From the NCBI GenBank assembly GCA_010015805.1, contig ML978124.1, forward strand, positions 620,001 to 684,000: a stretch of DNA of 64,000 nt. The letters are read 5' to 3'. Positions 1 through 14,606 of the stretch are shown piece after piece. Position 1 is the stretch's first letter. Every line of letters starts with the position of its first letter. A model generated the notes under the pieces. It was not told where the DNA came from. It made no database searches and saw only the letters and a list, made by a program, of their open reading frames with translations. The translations under genes and the position numbers were made by a program. Source of the stretch: Rhizodiscina lignyota. Lineage: Eukaryota.

Positions 1-3000
1 CAAGCTGCGATGTCGCATTTGAGATATAGCAAGACTGTTCAATTGCGTGGTGCAGCATGCTTTCTAGGTAAGCGATACTCCGCGAAACTTCAGCTGGTGT
101 AAGGTCAGCTGAATGTTCTCGCGCCAAATCTCGCACAGAGTCGATGAAATGTAGGCTCTTGTGCAGATAGTAGTCCGCATCCCTCATTTGCCCTCCATGG
201 TGATGACTTGAGGACAAGGGAAGCGATGCGAGAACTGTAGCAAGCGAATTTTGACTGCTGAGTACATCTTCTGATAGATTGCTCTTGAAACCCATCTGAC
301 GAATAGCCTTCAGAGTATCCGCAAAAAGTCTCCGCTTCCTCGTCTTGAGGTGTTTCACAAATTCCTCATTTTCTTCTTTGAGTATGGTAGGTGTTTCTTT
401 CTGGAGTTTGCTCATTGAGGTTGCAAGATCTTTCAGGAAACTGTCCACCTCAGAGGATACATGCAGCCTCTCACGATCAGACTGGGCTAGTTTCTGCATT
501 AGATCCAACGTAGGGCCAATATTTTGGAAGCGGGCCGGTCGATTGTCCCAGTTCGGCGCGTTGGATTTGCAAAAGTTTATAGCGGTGATATCAAGATCCA
601 CAAGATTGACGAAGGGATTGATCGGAATGTCGTTGGCACGCGCAAAATTTTCCTCTTGAGGCCACTGCAGGATGAGAGAACGGACAGGTTGGCAAAGGAG
701 ATCCCGAAATTTGCGCACAAGTTTGAACAGCCTTCGATGAGATGTCTTCGCACTTTGCCTGAGAGCCTCGATTGTTGTGTCTTTCCAACTTGCGAGACGG
801 AGGACATCCTTGACATCTTTCTCCAGAGGCTGCCGGCCCTTCGTAATTGCGTCCTTGACAGGCTGTAGAAAGCGAGAGAAGTGCTGAATGAAACGCTGTA
901 GGCCTGATAGAATACGGTAATGCGCGGAACTGGAGAGTTTTTGAGATCGTAGATGGGACTCAAATTGAATGAGGAGCTGCAGTCTTTCCTCAAACTGGCC
1001 GAAAGTGGAGTTTGCAAAGAATCCTGCGAGAATTTGTAGCAGATCTCTCGCGTGGTTATCAACCGACGACCTTGACTCGACAAGTGATACCGGCACTGCT
1101 ACAAGATTCTCGTATGCAACGAACCACCAGGATTTGGCGTCTTTTCTACTTTTCTCGGCTTCAACATCGAACAATTTGGCCCATGTTCGAAGCTCTAGCT
1201 GCCGCCAGCTCACTATGAGTTTAGTGAGTTCTTCGTAGAGTGGCTGGACCGAGTATTCTCTACTAGCGACTCTCTGCCATTCATGAACCGCTTCGTGAAG
1301 CTTTTCAACTTTCGTCAGATACTTCATCACAGGCTCGGAAATGGAGAAAGACAGAGCCTCCTCGGAAAGTCTTAGCACTTCTCCTGGAGTGGCATGCTCT
1401 GGCCATCGATCGTGGATTTCTCGGAATCGCTGTTCAACTTTCTCGACGAGGGCTACTAAACGTTGCGCTTCTCGAATATTCGGATCTTTGTAGAAGTTCG
1501 GCGTTTCATCATTACCCGCAATGGCGCCGATGGCATTCTTCATCTCTATGAGACCCAATATCAAAGAAGGAAAGGCATCATTGCCGCCAAGGACCGCGCT
1601 TGGGTGAACGTCTTCACCAAGAGCAAGAATAGAGTCGACGGAACGGCGCATAGTGGAATGAAGCATCTGTGCACAATCGTGTTCTGGAAGAACTAAGTCG
1701 CGATGAGCATCGCAGATGGATACAGCTAGGTCGTGGTGGGTTACTGAAATAGGCGATTGCGGGTGTTGGGTTTCATTTTCGTGTGTCGGGAAGAGGACTT
1801 CGAACTCCGCTTCATCTTGCTCGTCTTCTTCAGCTTGACCACCTCGATAGGTGTATAGGCTTGCATTTTCATTTTCCCTCTTTTGCTCGAATTCCAGCCT
1901 GGTCTTCCATAGCTTGTAAATTTGGTCAAGATGATAGCCGGCCTCTTTGAAAGAGGTCTCATCAAAGCGGTTATCATGACGCATAGATCTCCCGAGGGCG
2001 AGCTGATGAATAGCAAGAATATGCAATGAGCCTTGTTTCTGCGCCGAGAAATCGCAAGTTTCAAGCAATCGCCGACGCGAATCCGCTCCTTCAGCCACAA
2101 AGGCCCCATTGTTGCCGATGAACGGTGTGGTCAAGGGGAAGGCGCGAAGAACCGCGTATTCCTTTGCTCGAGAAGCCACGTGTAACTCTTCTGCTTGGTC
2201 GGCGAATGCAATTCCGAGGTGCAATGCTTTCAGGAAGCCCACAAGTGGGAAGGTGATATCCATGTAACCACGGTACTGATCAGTCAGTCGACGCACTAGC
2301 TGGGATATATTGTGTCCGAGTAAGGCACGGTCTCTAGAGACCAAGCCCGTGCCTCTGTCTTTGCGCAGTGGTTGGATGAGCCTAAGTACGGCTCGAAAAT
2401 CTTCGGCCATAGATGACATTTCGGACGTTAAAGGTCGTGCAACAGGTGCTTCTTGTGGTTCGCGCCCCATGTCCGCAAGTTCCTCTTCCACCATGTCGAT
2501 TCTGAGGCTGGTCTGCTGTCCGCTAAACTTGAGTTCGAATGCTCGAAGGGCCTGTAGCATGCTATCCAATTGGAGACGCTTGCGCTGGAAAAGCTTGCGT
2601 AGGACTTGGGGTCGCAATGCAGGATCAAACGCCCGATTGGGGACGTAGAGTATGATGCAAGCAACAGCAAACGACACCCATGCTTGAGAGGCCGCTGATA
2701 GCTTCTCCTCTTGGGTGTGGAATGTCGACTGGAGGTAGTTCGCAACCGGGCACAGTCCGTCGACCAATGAGGTAGCCAAGTCTTCATCAATTTTCGCGTC
2801 CGTTGGACCAAGAGAGACATTTCTGGCATCCTTGAATGAAGCGAGAGTTTCGTCATCGGCGACAAAAGCCGAGTGAATAGCTACTACTGTTGAGAGAAGT
2901 CTTTCAAGCGTGTTGTCGAAACTTTGAAGTGTATCTCCACACAGTAACGACGGCATCGACGCGATGGAACGCCCAAGCACGATATTTTCTTCTTGTAGCA

Positions 3001-6000
3001 GTCTCAGACGCGCCAGCGGAACACGAGAGAATTGCGCTCTGAAAATATGTCAGTTTACATACGTACAGCTTTCGATAGCGACTATAACCTACAGGCTTAG
3101 TAAAATACGTCGATGGAGATCACCTCGAACAAGCCAAGCGCCGTCATGTTCTGAGGGGTAAGGTATGCGCTGCAGCACCTTTGATTCGGATATATCGACA
3201 GTATTGGTTGACAGTCGCGTTGGTCTCGTCGCAAGAATCTCGAGCAACGGAAATATCGTTCCTTCCTGCGATCTAGCAACTTCCACGTGTTGAGCAAGTA
3301 GTTCGAAGATTACGTGGAAGTACGGAACGACTACTTGGCAACTATTATGGCGATTCAGTTCTAAAGACTGCAGGGACTCCTCTAAAGTTGTTGCAAGATT
3401 CTGGTCTGGCGTCCTCGACTCTTTGAAAATCGCAAGAGTGCTGGCAAAGGAGTTTCGTAGTTCAGCAAGGTGTTCGAGAGGCACAGACGCCTGGAATATC
3501 AGCTTGTCAAATCTCTCAGTGAGCTTCTCCAACGTCCACAGATGCTCCAGTTGGCTGAATGTCGACGGAACCTTCGGCCTCAAGACTGTCCACAATCGCT
3601 CCATGGATCGGCCAGTCCCATATTTGTGGTCTGATCGAACAATTCCGAGACGTTTCAACCAACCTTCTTGTAGAGTGAGAGTAAGTCCAACAGGTCCTTG
3701 ATTGTGATGACCCATGGAATGCCCTATGGTAAGAAAGGCTTCAAACACCGCTTCATCGACTACGCGATTGTCGACAAGCTCAATCATGCACCACCAAAAA
3801 TTTTCAATGTCTCTAATAAGTCGCAATGAATCCTAAAAGAAATCAGTTCACTTTGCTTCACAAGGAGGCAACACACTTACGCGGTCGAACTCCGGAGAGT
3901 TTATAGTCTGGAGGCCCCATTCTCGAGCAAGCTTTAGAGTTTCGGCAAGGAAACGTGCAACATGTGCCGTGGGCTCCCTTGCACTGCCAATGACCTCCAT
4001 AGACTGCATGGATCGATCGAGCAGTGTCATCTGGAGGCTTATGTTGCCTCGCGCGCGGATGGTTTGAAGATGGTAGTTCATTTTGGAGAGCCTCATCATG
4101 CATTCGAAGATGGATGCAAGCCATTGGGCACGATAAAGGGATGACGCTGTACGCGAGACGAGAGCTTGGTTGTTCAATGGATGTATTGACTATATACAAG
4201 CAACCCAATCAGCGACCCCATTCTCTTTTGAACGCATGGACGGACTGACCTGCGCACTATGAAGGACTTTTGGAAAATCCATGGAGGCTTCAAGCACCTC
4301 GTAATTACGACTGATATTTTGAATAATAAGTTGATCAAGATGGAAGAGACGGTCAAAGGAAGTGAACGTAGGCGAGATGATGCCTTGTTGCGAACCAAGA
4401 AGACCAATCGAGACTTGGTCACGAAAGGAAGCAACGAGAAGGGAATCTTCGAAGGATAAGTGGTCGGCATAGATGTCGATGGCAGACTCTGTCGATGGCA
4501 GGCCCGCATGGTTAGTATCGACAGCCATGAAGTTGCGGAACCGATACAATAATGATTCGGAGGTAAATGTTTTCTCCTCGTTCTCCGGCTCTCGCTGCAT
4601 AGGGACGAGGAATAGCTCGACAGCTCGGTTCCGCATAGCTCGAGAGAGCTCACCGTACCGTGGGTTCATAGTGAGAAATATTCTGAAGCTCGGATGAGGT
4701 CTCAGTATTCGTGCTTCTCCGTTCACATCGGAGTGCTCGTTGATCGTGAGATATCCGTTCGGCTCTAGTAGGGAATTCAAACGGTCCAGAACTGATGAGC
4801 TGCAGAGATTGGCATTGTCCAAGACGAGCCAGTCACCTTGCTCAAGCGCTTGGATAAGGATACCGTCAATCCACTCGAATTGAGGTCCACTTCCTGCTTC
4901 CATGGCTAGAAGGAGGTCATTGCACTCTTCAATCAGGGACTTAACGTCGTTTCTCGTTGCAGGTATTTGGTGTAGCGCTTGCTCGACTGCAACAAGTTCA
5001 CCACGATCGATCACTAGCTCCTCATGTTGCGTTAGCTTCTCAATTAGTATGTCCAGTGTCTTGTTAGACGTGTGAGGTCCTTGGCCGTTCTGATCAGTCA
5101 AATCTTGAATAGCGGAGCCTCGCGTAACTCGGAGGCATCGCTTCAAAAATTGCTGCGCTGCCCGAGTCACATCTGCCTGCTCGTACCCGCCTACAAGATC
5201 AGTTGCGTCGATGTCAGAGTGCATATCGAAGAATGTTAAGCGTGCTCCCACGAGATTCGACAATTGTTCTATGAGGGTCGTCTTTCCGGAACCGCTAGGA
5301 CCAACGAGGATTACTGGCCAATTTTGCTGCACGCAGATCATCAGTGCCTCCAAAGTAGGCAGGCACTGAACTGCTACAGGCTTTGTGATCAAAGGGCCAT
5401 CATTGGCTATTGTATTCCTCTGGAGGAGTCCGAGGCCAGTCTGAATCGTGGCAGTGCTGAGATTGTGATAGAAATTGCGATCTCTCATTCGAGCGTCAAA
5501 GCTTTGCTGGAATATATTCCAAAGACGAGATCTGTCATTGGCATTTCGAAATCTCTGGGCGAAAAGAATGTCGACAAAGTCCTGTGCGTCTCCACGAGGA
5601 AGTAGACCACGCTCCGCGGTATATAGCTGAAACCATCGCAACGTATCTCGCAGATTGAACTCCCAAGGAGCACCCTGTGAGCCAAAAGATTTTTGCTGAA
5701 ATATCTCCGAGTCAAGATTCGAAACGAATGAGGTGATGTTGTTGATCTGCGATTCGTCAGCTTGCGGATATATCTGCTTGCAAATGAGAATTAAATCGTC
5801 AGCCCTAAAAACATCTGCATACACCACTGTGAAGCGGTTAACAAAAGAAGCGGGTAAACCCTTGCGGCCGCCACCCTGGTGGTGGGGATTTTGAGCTGCA
5901 AATAGGCGGAAGTCCGGATGTCGCTGGAAAGTCTGGTCCAGCTCAGCAATATACACTTCGCCTCTATGATCAAGGCAGGCATTCAACCCTTCGAGTACGG

Positions 6001-9000
6001 ATTGCGAGGCCAAGTTCATTTCATCAAGCAGTACCCAATCGCCCCGTTTCATTGCAGTGAGGAACGGGGCATCTTTCCAGGCGAATGAACCAAGTCTTTC
6101 TCCTTCCATCGGAACATCTGAGCCAAAGAGATCCATCAGATCAGTCTGCTCTGAAAGATTTATACGTTCAAGTCGCTTGCCAACAGTCTTCGCGATCGCC
6201 GTGATCAATGTTGTTTTGCCAACACCAGGATTGCCCTCCAGAAGGATGGATTTCTTGAGTTGCAGGGCACGAACGACTCGCATTGTATTCTGCTGCGTTG
6301 TTGGAGCCATGAATGCAAAGGACTTGTCCGCATCAGATCCGGAGGCCTTTCCTATCATAAACTGGCCGGCCTGGAACCATTGTTGAGAAACTGCGATCTC
6401 AATTTTGCCATGGTATACAGAGGCCGCATCCACGCCCAAAGCGTTGCCAAGCTCCTTAAGACATTCTCGCCGTTCAGCGTCAATGGTTGCTACAGAGACA
6501 GCCAGGATAGCTGCTGGGTTCGCACCCAATGTATCGATGAAAACCATGGCAGCACCATGAACCAAGGCAAACACATGGTCGTATTGCTGATAGAGGTTGG
6601 TGAACTCGACCCAGGCTAGTGTGTCACGGATAGAGATTGATGCCGATGCTGAGGAGTTATATCGATCATTGAACCATTTCGCGAATGCTACAATTCCAGT
6701 CCCATATGGTGCCACTGTGGGGTGAAGTTTCGCCAAGACGATCTCCAAAATGTCTTCCCTGTCTGAGAGAGCGGGGACCCAGATTTCCGTGAAGCGATTC
6801 CGAAGGGCTGGTGACAGTTCTCTCTTGCCAAAATCTCCGCCTGGATTCATAGTGGCCAAAAATTGAAACCCGTCAGTAGCAGAAACCAGAGACTCCACTG
6901 GACCCTTTTCAGCAAGAAGCAATGTCCGTTGAGGCTCAAGAACACTGTTGAGCCGTTCGAGGACGGAGTCGTCCGCAAGCGAGATCTCGTCTAGGAGGAA
7001 ATGTGTTCCTTCACGCATGGCTTCCACCAAGCTGCCGTCAGACCACTCAAAGAGCGCAGCGTACTTTGTCCGCAATTGTCGAATCAGAATCTGTGAGTTT
7101 TTGGGAATCTTGTTCAGGTCTTTGCCGAGGCCATCGTAAAAGTTCAACAGCTCTGATGTTTCCCTGTTGTCTAGTGGCGCAGCTGAGATGGGTGCTAAAT
7201 TGACCATGAGTAGTTTACGTAGTTCCTGGTCAATTGCAGCTCTGTTTCTGATCGGCCTCTGCGAACCTATCAAATCCCCAGTCTCCGTATTCTGATGTGC
7301 ATTAACAATGTGCAGCGATTTTCCGAAAGCCTTTGCCAGCACTTGACAAGCACTCGTCTTGCCGCATCCTGTTTCGCCCACAAGCAGGACCGGTTCGTTG
7401 TTCCGAAGAGCACATACAAGGAGAACAAACAGACGCCGCATCGCTCGGGTCCACACAATCCCCGAGAGGCCTTGCAGTTGATAGTCTTTCAATTCTGGCG
7501 ATCCTTCTTTTGCGTACAGCTTATCTTCATCAATTCGGACCCTTGGTCCGCGACTGCTCATGACTCTCTCAATGACAGTTTTAACAGCCAAGCGTTCATC
7601 AGGCTTGCGAACCCGTTCAGCGAGAAGCATGAACCCATTCGTTGCAAGTTCTTCGATAGACTCAGCCTTTCGCAATGCCCATCTGAAGAGGTCCCGTAGT
7701 GTAGCAAAGCTCTTTTGCTCAAACAGCCGTGTTTCTTGACGCAACAAAGAGAGTTCCCGATATGTCTCCACTATGCGCCTTGCCCAGGATTCAGGTATCA
7801 GGGTCCGTCGTTGAAGGATCTCCTGAAGCTCTTCGACTGGTATGTCGTCGAAATGAAGCTCAAGGAAGCGATTTCGGAACGCCCGTGATAATGGTTTTCG
7901 GCCTCCGTACAAGCCGGCTGGATTTTGTGTTGCGAAGAGCATAAAGTTCTCGTGTGGCCGTACTGTCTCCTGAGTCTCGGGAATAAGAAGCTCTCTGTTA
8001 TCGTCTAAAAGGCGATTCAGGGCTTCTAAAACATCGGTGGGCGCAAGATTAAGTTCGTCCAGAACGATCCAATGCCCTTCTCTGAGTGCCTTTACCAATA
8101 CGCCCTCCTGAAACTGCAGTTGGCCGTCTGAACCGGAAACGTATGTCCCGAGATATTCTTGAAGATCAGTATGCTCGTGATTATTGATACGCACGAATCG
8201 ATTTCCGGATCTTTTGGCAAGATACTCAACCATACTCGTTTTGCCGGAAGATGTTGGGCCCTGGATCAAGACTGGGAATCGACGTGTAGATGCGGCACGA
8301 ATGAGATTACCCATGTTGCGCTGCACAAAGGGTGTAATGATGTATTGAGGCTGTTCTTCGATAGTAGAACTGCCTCTACGAAGCCAATGTTGATCAATCT
8401 GAACATATTGTTTGTCGTCTTCAGGTTGCTTCAATGGACGCCGAAGTTCTGCCGTAGCGTTGAGGCGCTTGCTGAAGAGATGTTTCCAGATGATGGGGGT
8501 AATGATGCTATCTGATTGTCTGTCCAGGAAAGTAGAGAAACTCATATGAAATCCTTCAAGCAGAGCACGGCGCAGGCTGCAAAGAGGTGCTGCATCTTGA
8601 GCGAAAGTGAGTGCGCGTGTCAAGGTCCGAAGGCTGAAATGAGGCTTTTGGCCAGCTCCATCGACAAGTGCATTTGACTCTGCGAGCTGTTGGATTTCCA
8701 TATACAGGTTTGTCACGTCAGAAACGACGGTTTTGTCGATCGAATTGCCGATGTATGCTTCAATGATACTTTGCAAGCTTTTCGGATCCTGATCGGGGCT
8801 AGAAATGTAGAGCTCCGTGAACTTTGATCGTATCCCCAGCGGGAGGTCCTTCTTCCCAACATCCGTGGCTGGGTTCATTGCTGCGAAAATGCGGAAATTT
8901 GGGTGTGCCTTGACGCGTTCCACGCTGCCGGTTTCCGTTAAAAGGATAGATCCAGAGGTGTCAATTCCACTGACGAACAAATCGGCAAGCGCCTCTAAAG

Positions 9001-11443
9001 TGTCGGGCGTCGCGAGGTTGATCTCATCGAGTAGAACCCAGTCGCCATTCCTTACAGCTTTGACGATGTTCCCCTCTACGAAAGAGAATGCAAACGAATC
9101 TGATCGGCTGGACAGCTGGGCTTCCAATTCTTTAACATCTGAGGCGAATTTCGCCCATCGAGCTTCAGGGAAAGTATCATATCGAGTTTTCGACGCAGTA
9201 GCGATCTTTTGCCTCTTAGTTGGATGATCATCGGAACGTGTCGCGGACTGCTGTTTAAGTCCTGCAGCCATATCTAAAGCAGCATTCCAAAGCATGCAGA
9301 CTCGCTTCCATTGTGATTTCGCAAACGATTTCCCCAACTGCTCGATGAATGATTGGTTTTTTCGATGTCCGAACGTTTGTGTGAATAATTCGTCGAACTC
9401 CTCCTTCAAGGGTAGAATCAACGTGCGGATATTTACCGGTTTGAAGCCGCCGAGTAGATCACCACTCTCACTTTGCTGGGATAGGTTGAAGGGGACAAGT
9501 TTACGGCCGACCTGGTCCGCAAGGTGTTGCACGACAGTGGTTTTGCCGGTGCCAGTTTCGCCAACGAGAAGAATTGGTTCATTGCATCGAACAGCAGCCG
9601 CTGCATGCTCCAGGATCCGCAGTGAATGGTTGTTGTTCGAAAACGGATGACGGTTGATTTGTTTCGATCGACGATCAAAGTCCGACGCTCGTCTTATCGT
9701 AGATCTGCCTATCTTGATGCTTGATCCTTTTTTCACGGTCTCTTGGATGATTGAGCGTTCAGTAGTCAAATAGTCTCGTCTTCGAGGATCAATCTGAAGC
9801 TCCTCAGCGATTGCGCAGATGACTGTGCTCTTCAACGGGCCAGGGCCTAAACTGCCAGCAAAACAATCTACGGCATCTAGGAACATGGAATCGAGTGCCT
9901 TGCTAGAGAAATCACCCTGATCTCCCAGTGAAATTGTGATACGCGCTGTCCACTTCAGTAGATCTCTTGGCGTCAATGGCCGAAGGTTGCTACTTCGTGC
10001 TTGCGAAGACAACGACCTATCATTTTGCAGCCTTTTCAGACGATTGTAGACGCTCACCAACGAATCGGCGTGATCAGCAATTAAGGGATTCGTTTTGGTG
10101 AGTACTTCGTGGAGTTCGTCTTGTTTGAGTGCCTGAATCGAAACGTACTGCCAGAACCGACGCCCAAGCAAGTTACTGGTAGAATCGATCTCTCTCCCAT
10201 GCGAATGCATGGAAGTGCTCGTAGTAGCGAAGATCTTGAAGCCATGAGCGGCTTGAACAGTTTCACCGCGGCTGTGAATGAGGAGTTCTCGCCGCTCAAT
10301 CAGCGGTAGAAGTGTACTGATTACCTCGTTCGGAGCTCGGTCTATGTCTTCGATGAAGACCCATCGACCCTCGCGGACAGCGGTCGTCAGAACACCGGGT
10401 TGCCAGCTGAAATTGCCAGGTGTTTGTCCGGTCGTGTACATACCGACCAAGAGTTTCGCATCGGTTTGTTCATTTAGATGCAGCGTCACCATCGTATCCA
10501 ATTTACCCAGCTCGTCCGCCACATATTTCACAAGAAGTGTCTTTCCAGATCCAGGTAATCCTGCCAAGATGATGGATTGAGAGGTCAATATCGCCCGAGC
10601 CAGATTTTGGAGATTCAGGACTGTAGATGGCACGGGCACCAGTCTCATACTGTATGAAGTGGGCATGACCCGTACAGTTCGTGGCAGCAGCACTCCGTGG
10701 ATGCTTAGTGTTGAAGAGGACAATTCGTCTCCCCGTAGAACTCTATTCCATGAATTTCGGTCTGGAGGATGCTCAGATGCGATCCGACCTTGCTCTAAGG
10801 CTCGCCTTAAATCTCTGTAACGCTTCTCTTCCCACAGACTTAGAAATCGAAAGTCGATGTTCTTTCCTTCCCAAATGCCGAGAATGGTGACCTTTCCCAA
10901 ATGCGTCTCGATCATTCTCTCCATAGCAGCATCTGCTGCATGAAGGACAAGGCAAAGACATCGAATCGTCAAATAACGAACTGGTCGGGATGTGTGAGAA
11001 AGAAGGCTTTTAAGATCACCAATGTTAATGTGTCGTCGAAAACAGCGCTCATCGAATACCAAGAGTCGAAAGAGCCCCAGAAGAAGCTCCTGCAATGTTT
11101 GTTCATCCGGAGCTTCTGAGATCTCCGGAATACATCCTGAAGGCAGGGACCTCGATAGGTGCTTCACCGCAGTCTCAGCCAAGTACGGCGAGAAATGAAG
11201 AACCCGGCCGAGAAACCCGATGGCAGAGACAAGATTTTCTTGCTCTAATCTTCGAGAAGTAACTTCGACCAATAGAGCTTCCAGGGTAGTGAGGAATTGA
11301 TCGGTATGCGCAGGCTGAAAGGCAATTTCTGAAATCGCGCTCAGAAACGCGTTGTTGGTGCCGTTTTGAATGATGTGAAGGACTTCCTCTGGGAGATTCG
11401 CCACGGTCGAAACAAACTGTGACGTGCCGAAGGAGACATCCAT
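1..11443 (-). CDS. MDN1: Midasin / Rea1 dynein-related AAA+ ATPase (60S biogenesis); C-terminal part incl. MIDAS domain runs off the window start
   Basis: 2417-aa ORF with six Walker A motifs (GLPGSGKT, GETGTGKT, GPTSSGKT, GETGCGKT, GNPGVGKT, GPSGSGKT) and repeated 'W.DG.L..A...G.W.LLDE.NLA' AAA modules. Coding continues through GT-AG introns at about 4190-4249, 3833-3880 and 3039-3092. Confidence 0.97.
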
Positions 11444-11665
11444 TGCCTCGCATTCAAAGGAAACGCGAAGACGCGTTGACCTTTTGTCATTTAATGTGTT
11501 GAAAATCTCAAAATCTTTGATACAAAATTTTACTATATGATGTCGGAGCTAAAACGCCGTTTCTCCGGGCCGATGCAAAGGCGCGTCTTAGGATTTATCC
11601 TAGCTTCATGAGCTTTTTGGATACGACGGACTTTGTGCACAATACCCTCAAATCCCAGCTTCAAC

Positions 11666-12271
11666 ATGTCGGTCCCTTACCAAAGCACCGTGAGGTGCTG
11701 TGCGCGAGCTCTCAGAAGTTCTCGCCGACCTAACCTTCGACCCACCGCCTGTGCTACCTCGAATCGCATCCAAAGGAGACGATTACAATCAACGGATGCT
11801 ACCGCCGCAACAGACCCGAAAATCTCAAGTATAGTCGATCAAATAAGTCAATTGACGCTGTTGGAGACCGCAGACTTAGTATCGACACTCAAGGTAAGCA
11901 CGTATCACTATCACCGGATGTCTCATGTACTGAAGCTAGTCTTGCAGAGCCGTCTCAACATCCCAGATATGCCCATGGGTGGCTTCGCTGCCGCCGCTCC
12001 AGCCGCCGCTCCAGCAGCACCTGAGGAAGAAGATGCCCCTGCTCCAGTACAAGAAAAGACATTGTTCAATCTCAAGTTACAATCGTTTGACGCCACCGCA
12101 AAGCCCAAGGTCATTAAGGAAATAAAGAGTATGCTAGGGCTGAGCTTAGTGGACAGCAAGAAATTTGTGGAAAGCGCGCCGAAGATGATGAAGGAAGGGG
12201 TACCAAAAGAGGAGGGCGAGAAGATTGTAGAGACATTGAAGGGCTTGGGTGCAGTTGTGGTGATGGAGTAG
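11666..12271 (+). CDS. MNP1: Mitochondrial ribosomal protein bL12 (L7/L12)
   Basis: Arg/Ser-rich presequence; 'IVDQISQLTLLETADLV' N-domain; Ala/Pro hinge; C-domain 'KVIKEIK..LGLSLVDSKKFVESAP'. In-frame intron at about 11894-11948. Confidence 0.93.
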   Translation: MSVPYQSTVRCCARALRSSRRPNLRPTACATSNRIQRRRLQSTDATAATDPKISSIVDQISQLTLLETADLVSTLKVSTYHYHRMSHVLKLVLQSRLNIPDMPMGGFAAAAPAAAPAAPEEEDAPAPVQEKTLFNLKLQSFDATAKPKVIKEIKSMLGLSLVDSKKFVESAPKMMKEGVPKEEGEKIVETLKGLGAVVVME

Positions 12272-12526
12272 ATCCATTCACTGGTGGTTACTCTTTGTAT
12301 AAACTTTGTATACTACAAAACCTCATAGCGACCACGGAGGCGTTGAATCATCAGGTTGATATAAATGTAGGACGGGATGACTAGTCATGCCGTCAAAGTC
12401 CCACAAACCCGTCCAGCGCCGCGCTAAATGCAATGATGCGGTTGTCCCATTAATGCCCTCAAGAACTCCTACTCATGCCCAAAAAGTGTTTGCTCGGATG
12501 TAACCATTGGTATCGCAGGCATCCTC

Positions 12527-13325
12527 TCAACCAAACTCCACAGCCTGCCCTCGCTGCTCTCCATCCTCTGTTGCCTCGAACTCGTCATCCTCTTCAACAT
12601 CACTCCCGTCCTCCCACTGCTTTTCGAACTCCTCATGTTCCCCCTTTACCGCCCATATGCTCTCGCGCTGCTTCTTGTGCCGTTCGCGATCCTCTTCGAT
12701 ACGCTGCTCGATTTGTCTCTTATCCGGCCGGACGGCGCCGTTCGCTCGACCACCATGAGGCGTAGACATCCGACCGGCGTCCCCATTGATGCTAGTATCG
12801 CGGTCTTTTAAGCACTCTTCGAGCTCCTGAACTGTCTCCGGGATGAGGACTTCTTTTTGCTGGAGGCCATGTAATACCTATAATAGGTCAGTCACAGCAT
12901 TTGCTCAGAGATCCTACACCCAGCGGTGGAACGTACTCTCCGCACGACCTTTACGTTCGCTGCTCCGGAGCCGTCGCTTGGCGCTACAGCATCTATGACT
13001 CTGAGAATATCTCTCTGCATCATCCGAATGTAGTCTACGTGGTTCTCTTTTTGCGCGAGGTCACAGAGGTGCTCGATGAAGTACATGATATTGGCTCGAT
13101 TGTTCATGTTATTCTAGCTACGGTTAGATATATCTTGATATGGGGGACTTAAAACTGACATACCCTTTCCAGTTGCTCCAAAATGCACGAATGTAGGTCC
13201 TCGTCCATGTCTTTATACCGCAGGGCATAGTTGGCTGCCTTTTGCGCCGAGGTTACTGACGCATTAAGATGTTGTAGCTGGCTAGTGAAGCGCATTCGCA
13301 CTTCGAAGGGGTCGGGGGCTGCCAT
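12527..13325 (-). CDS. CTK3: CTD kinase I gamma subunit (Ctk3)
   Basis: Spliced translation MAAPDPFEVRMRFTSQLQHLNAS...DMDEDLHSCILEQLE / NNMNNRANIMYFIEHL / 'IEQRIEEDRERHKKQRESIW'. Two introns (~13118-13163, ~12880-12935). Confidence 0.92.
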
Positions 13326-13557
13326 GATGGGGAATGTGTGAGGTAAAGATTGAGGTTAAAGCTGGAAAGGTCGAAGCCTCGGAGGTGAAGAAGTGGCGCA
13401 GGTGAGCTCCGCAACGTCAAATGCCAAGGATATCCATACACAGTCACACAAATTGGAAGGAAACTACTACTTCCTCAATTCGCGTTAACAATCAAATCGC
13501 AAAGGCTCTACATTTCTGTTTTCTGCAAAAGTACTCCTGAAACCTTAGTTAGCCAAC

Positions 13558-14606
13558 ATGGCACAACTAAATGGAAGCTCTGGCCTCACTTTGACCGTGT
13601 TGGGTTGCGGTAAGTTTGACATATTCAATGCTTAAGATCAACGTCTAATGCGAGAGTAGGCACAATGGGAATTGCAATACTATCCGGGATGATGGCTACT
13701 TTGGAAGACATGGAACAAGGTGCACCGACCTCAAGACAGCCGCATTCAGGAACTGCCACACCAGCGGAAGAAATCCCTTTGCGCCTGCCGTCTCGTTTCA
13801 TTGCTTGCGTCCGTCGCCCAGAATCTGCGAAGCGGATCAAGACATCTCTTGCGCACTACCGATCGGCAAACTTAACGACATTGCTCAATGAGAACGTCAA
13901 GGGAGTTCAAGAAGCAGATGTTGTACTCCTCGGATGTAAGCCGCAAATGTTCCGAGAAATCCTATCCGCGCCTGGAATGAAAGAAGCACTTTCTGGCAAA
14001 CTCCTCATCAGTATCCTCGCTGGTGTCACTATCGACCAGATGGAAGGATTACTCTACGGGGAAGAATTGCCATCAGATGCCTGCCGTGTCGTGCGTGCCA
14101 TGCCGAACACGGCTTCATTTGTGCGCGAGTCCATGACTGTAATCGCGAACAGCACTCCTCCATTGCCCCCTCACCTCTCTGCTCTTATCACATGGATATT
14201 TACACGCATTGGCCGCGTCGTTCACCTTCCTCCTACCGCCATGGATGTCAGTACCGCATTGTGCGGTTCTGGGCCTGCATTCATGGCCCTCATCCTTGAA
14301 GCCATCGCTGATGGAGCTGTCGCGATGGGCCTACCTCGTGCCGAAGCACAGCTTATGGCCGCACAAACGATGCGAGGCACGACTGGCCTTGTGCTGAACG
14401 GTGAACATCCAGCGATTCTCAGAGATAAGGTGAGCACACCAGGTGGATGTACGATCGGTGGCCTACTTGTCTTGGAAGAAGGAAGAGTCCGCGGAAGCTG
14501 TGCCAGGGCAATAAGAGAGGCAACTGTCGTGGCAAGTCAACTTGGCAAGGGCATCCAGGGTGTGAACGGCACAAGGTTCATGATGCATGGCGCAGGCGAC
14601 TCTTGA
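13558..14606 (+). CDS. PRO3: Pyrroline-5-carboxylate reductase
   Basis: Spliced N-terminal LGCG-TMG dinucleotide-binding motif across an intron at ~13610-13659; 'VRAMPNT', 'TALCGSGPAF', 'LRDKVSTPGGCTI'. Confidence 0.95.

Noticed and set aside
345..11453. Many + strand and alternative-frame ORFs within midasin (likewise within VPS34 and the P450s)
   Set aside because: These are antisense or out-of-frame shadows of long coding exons.
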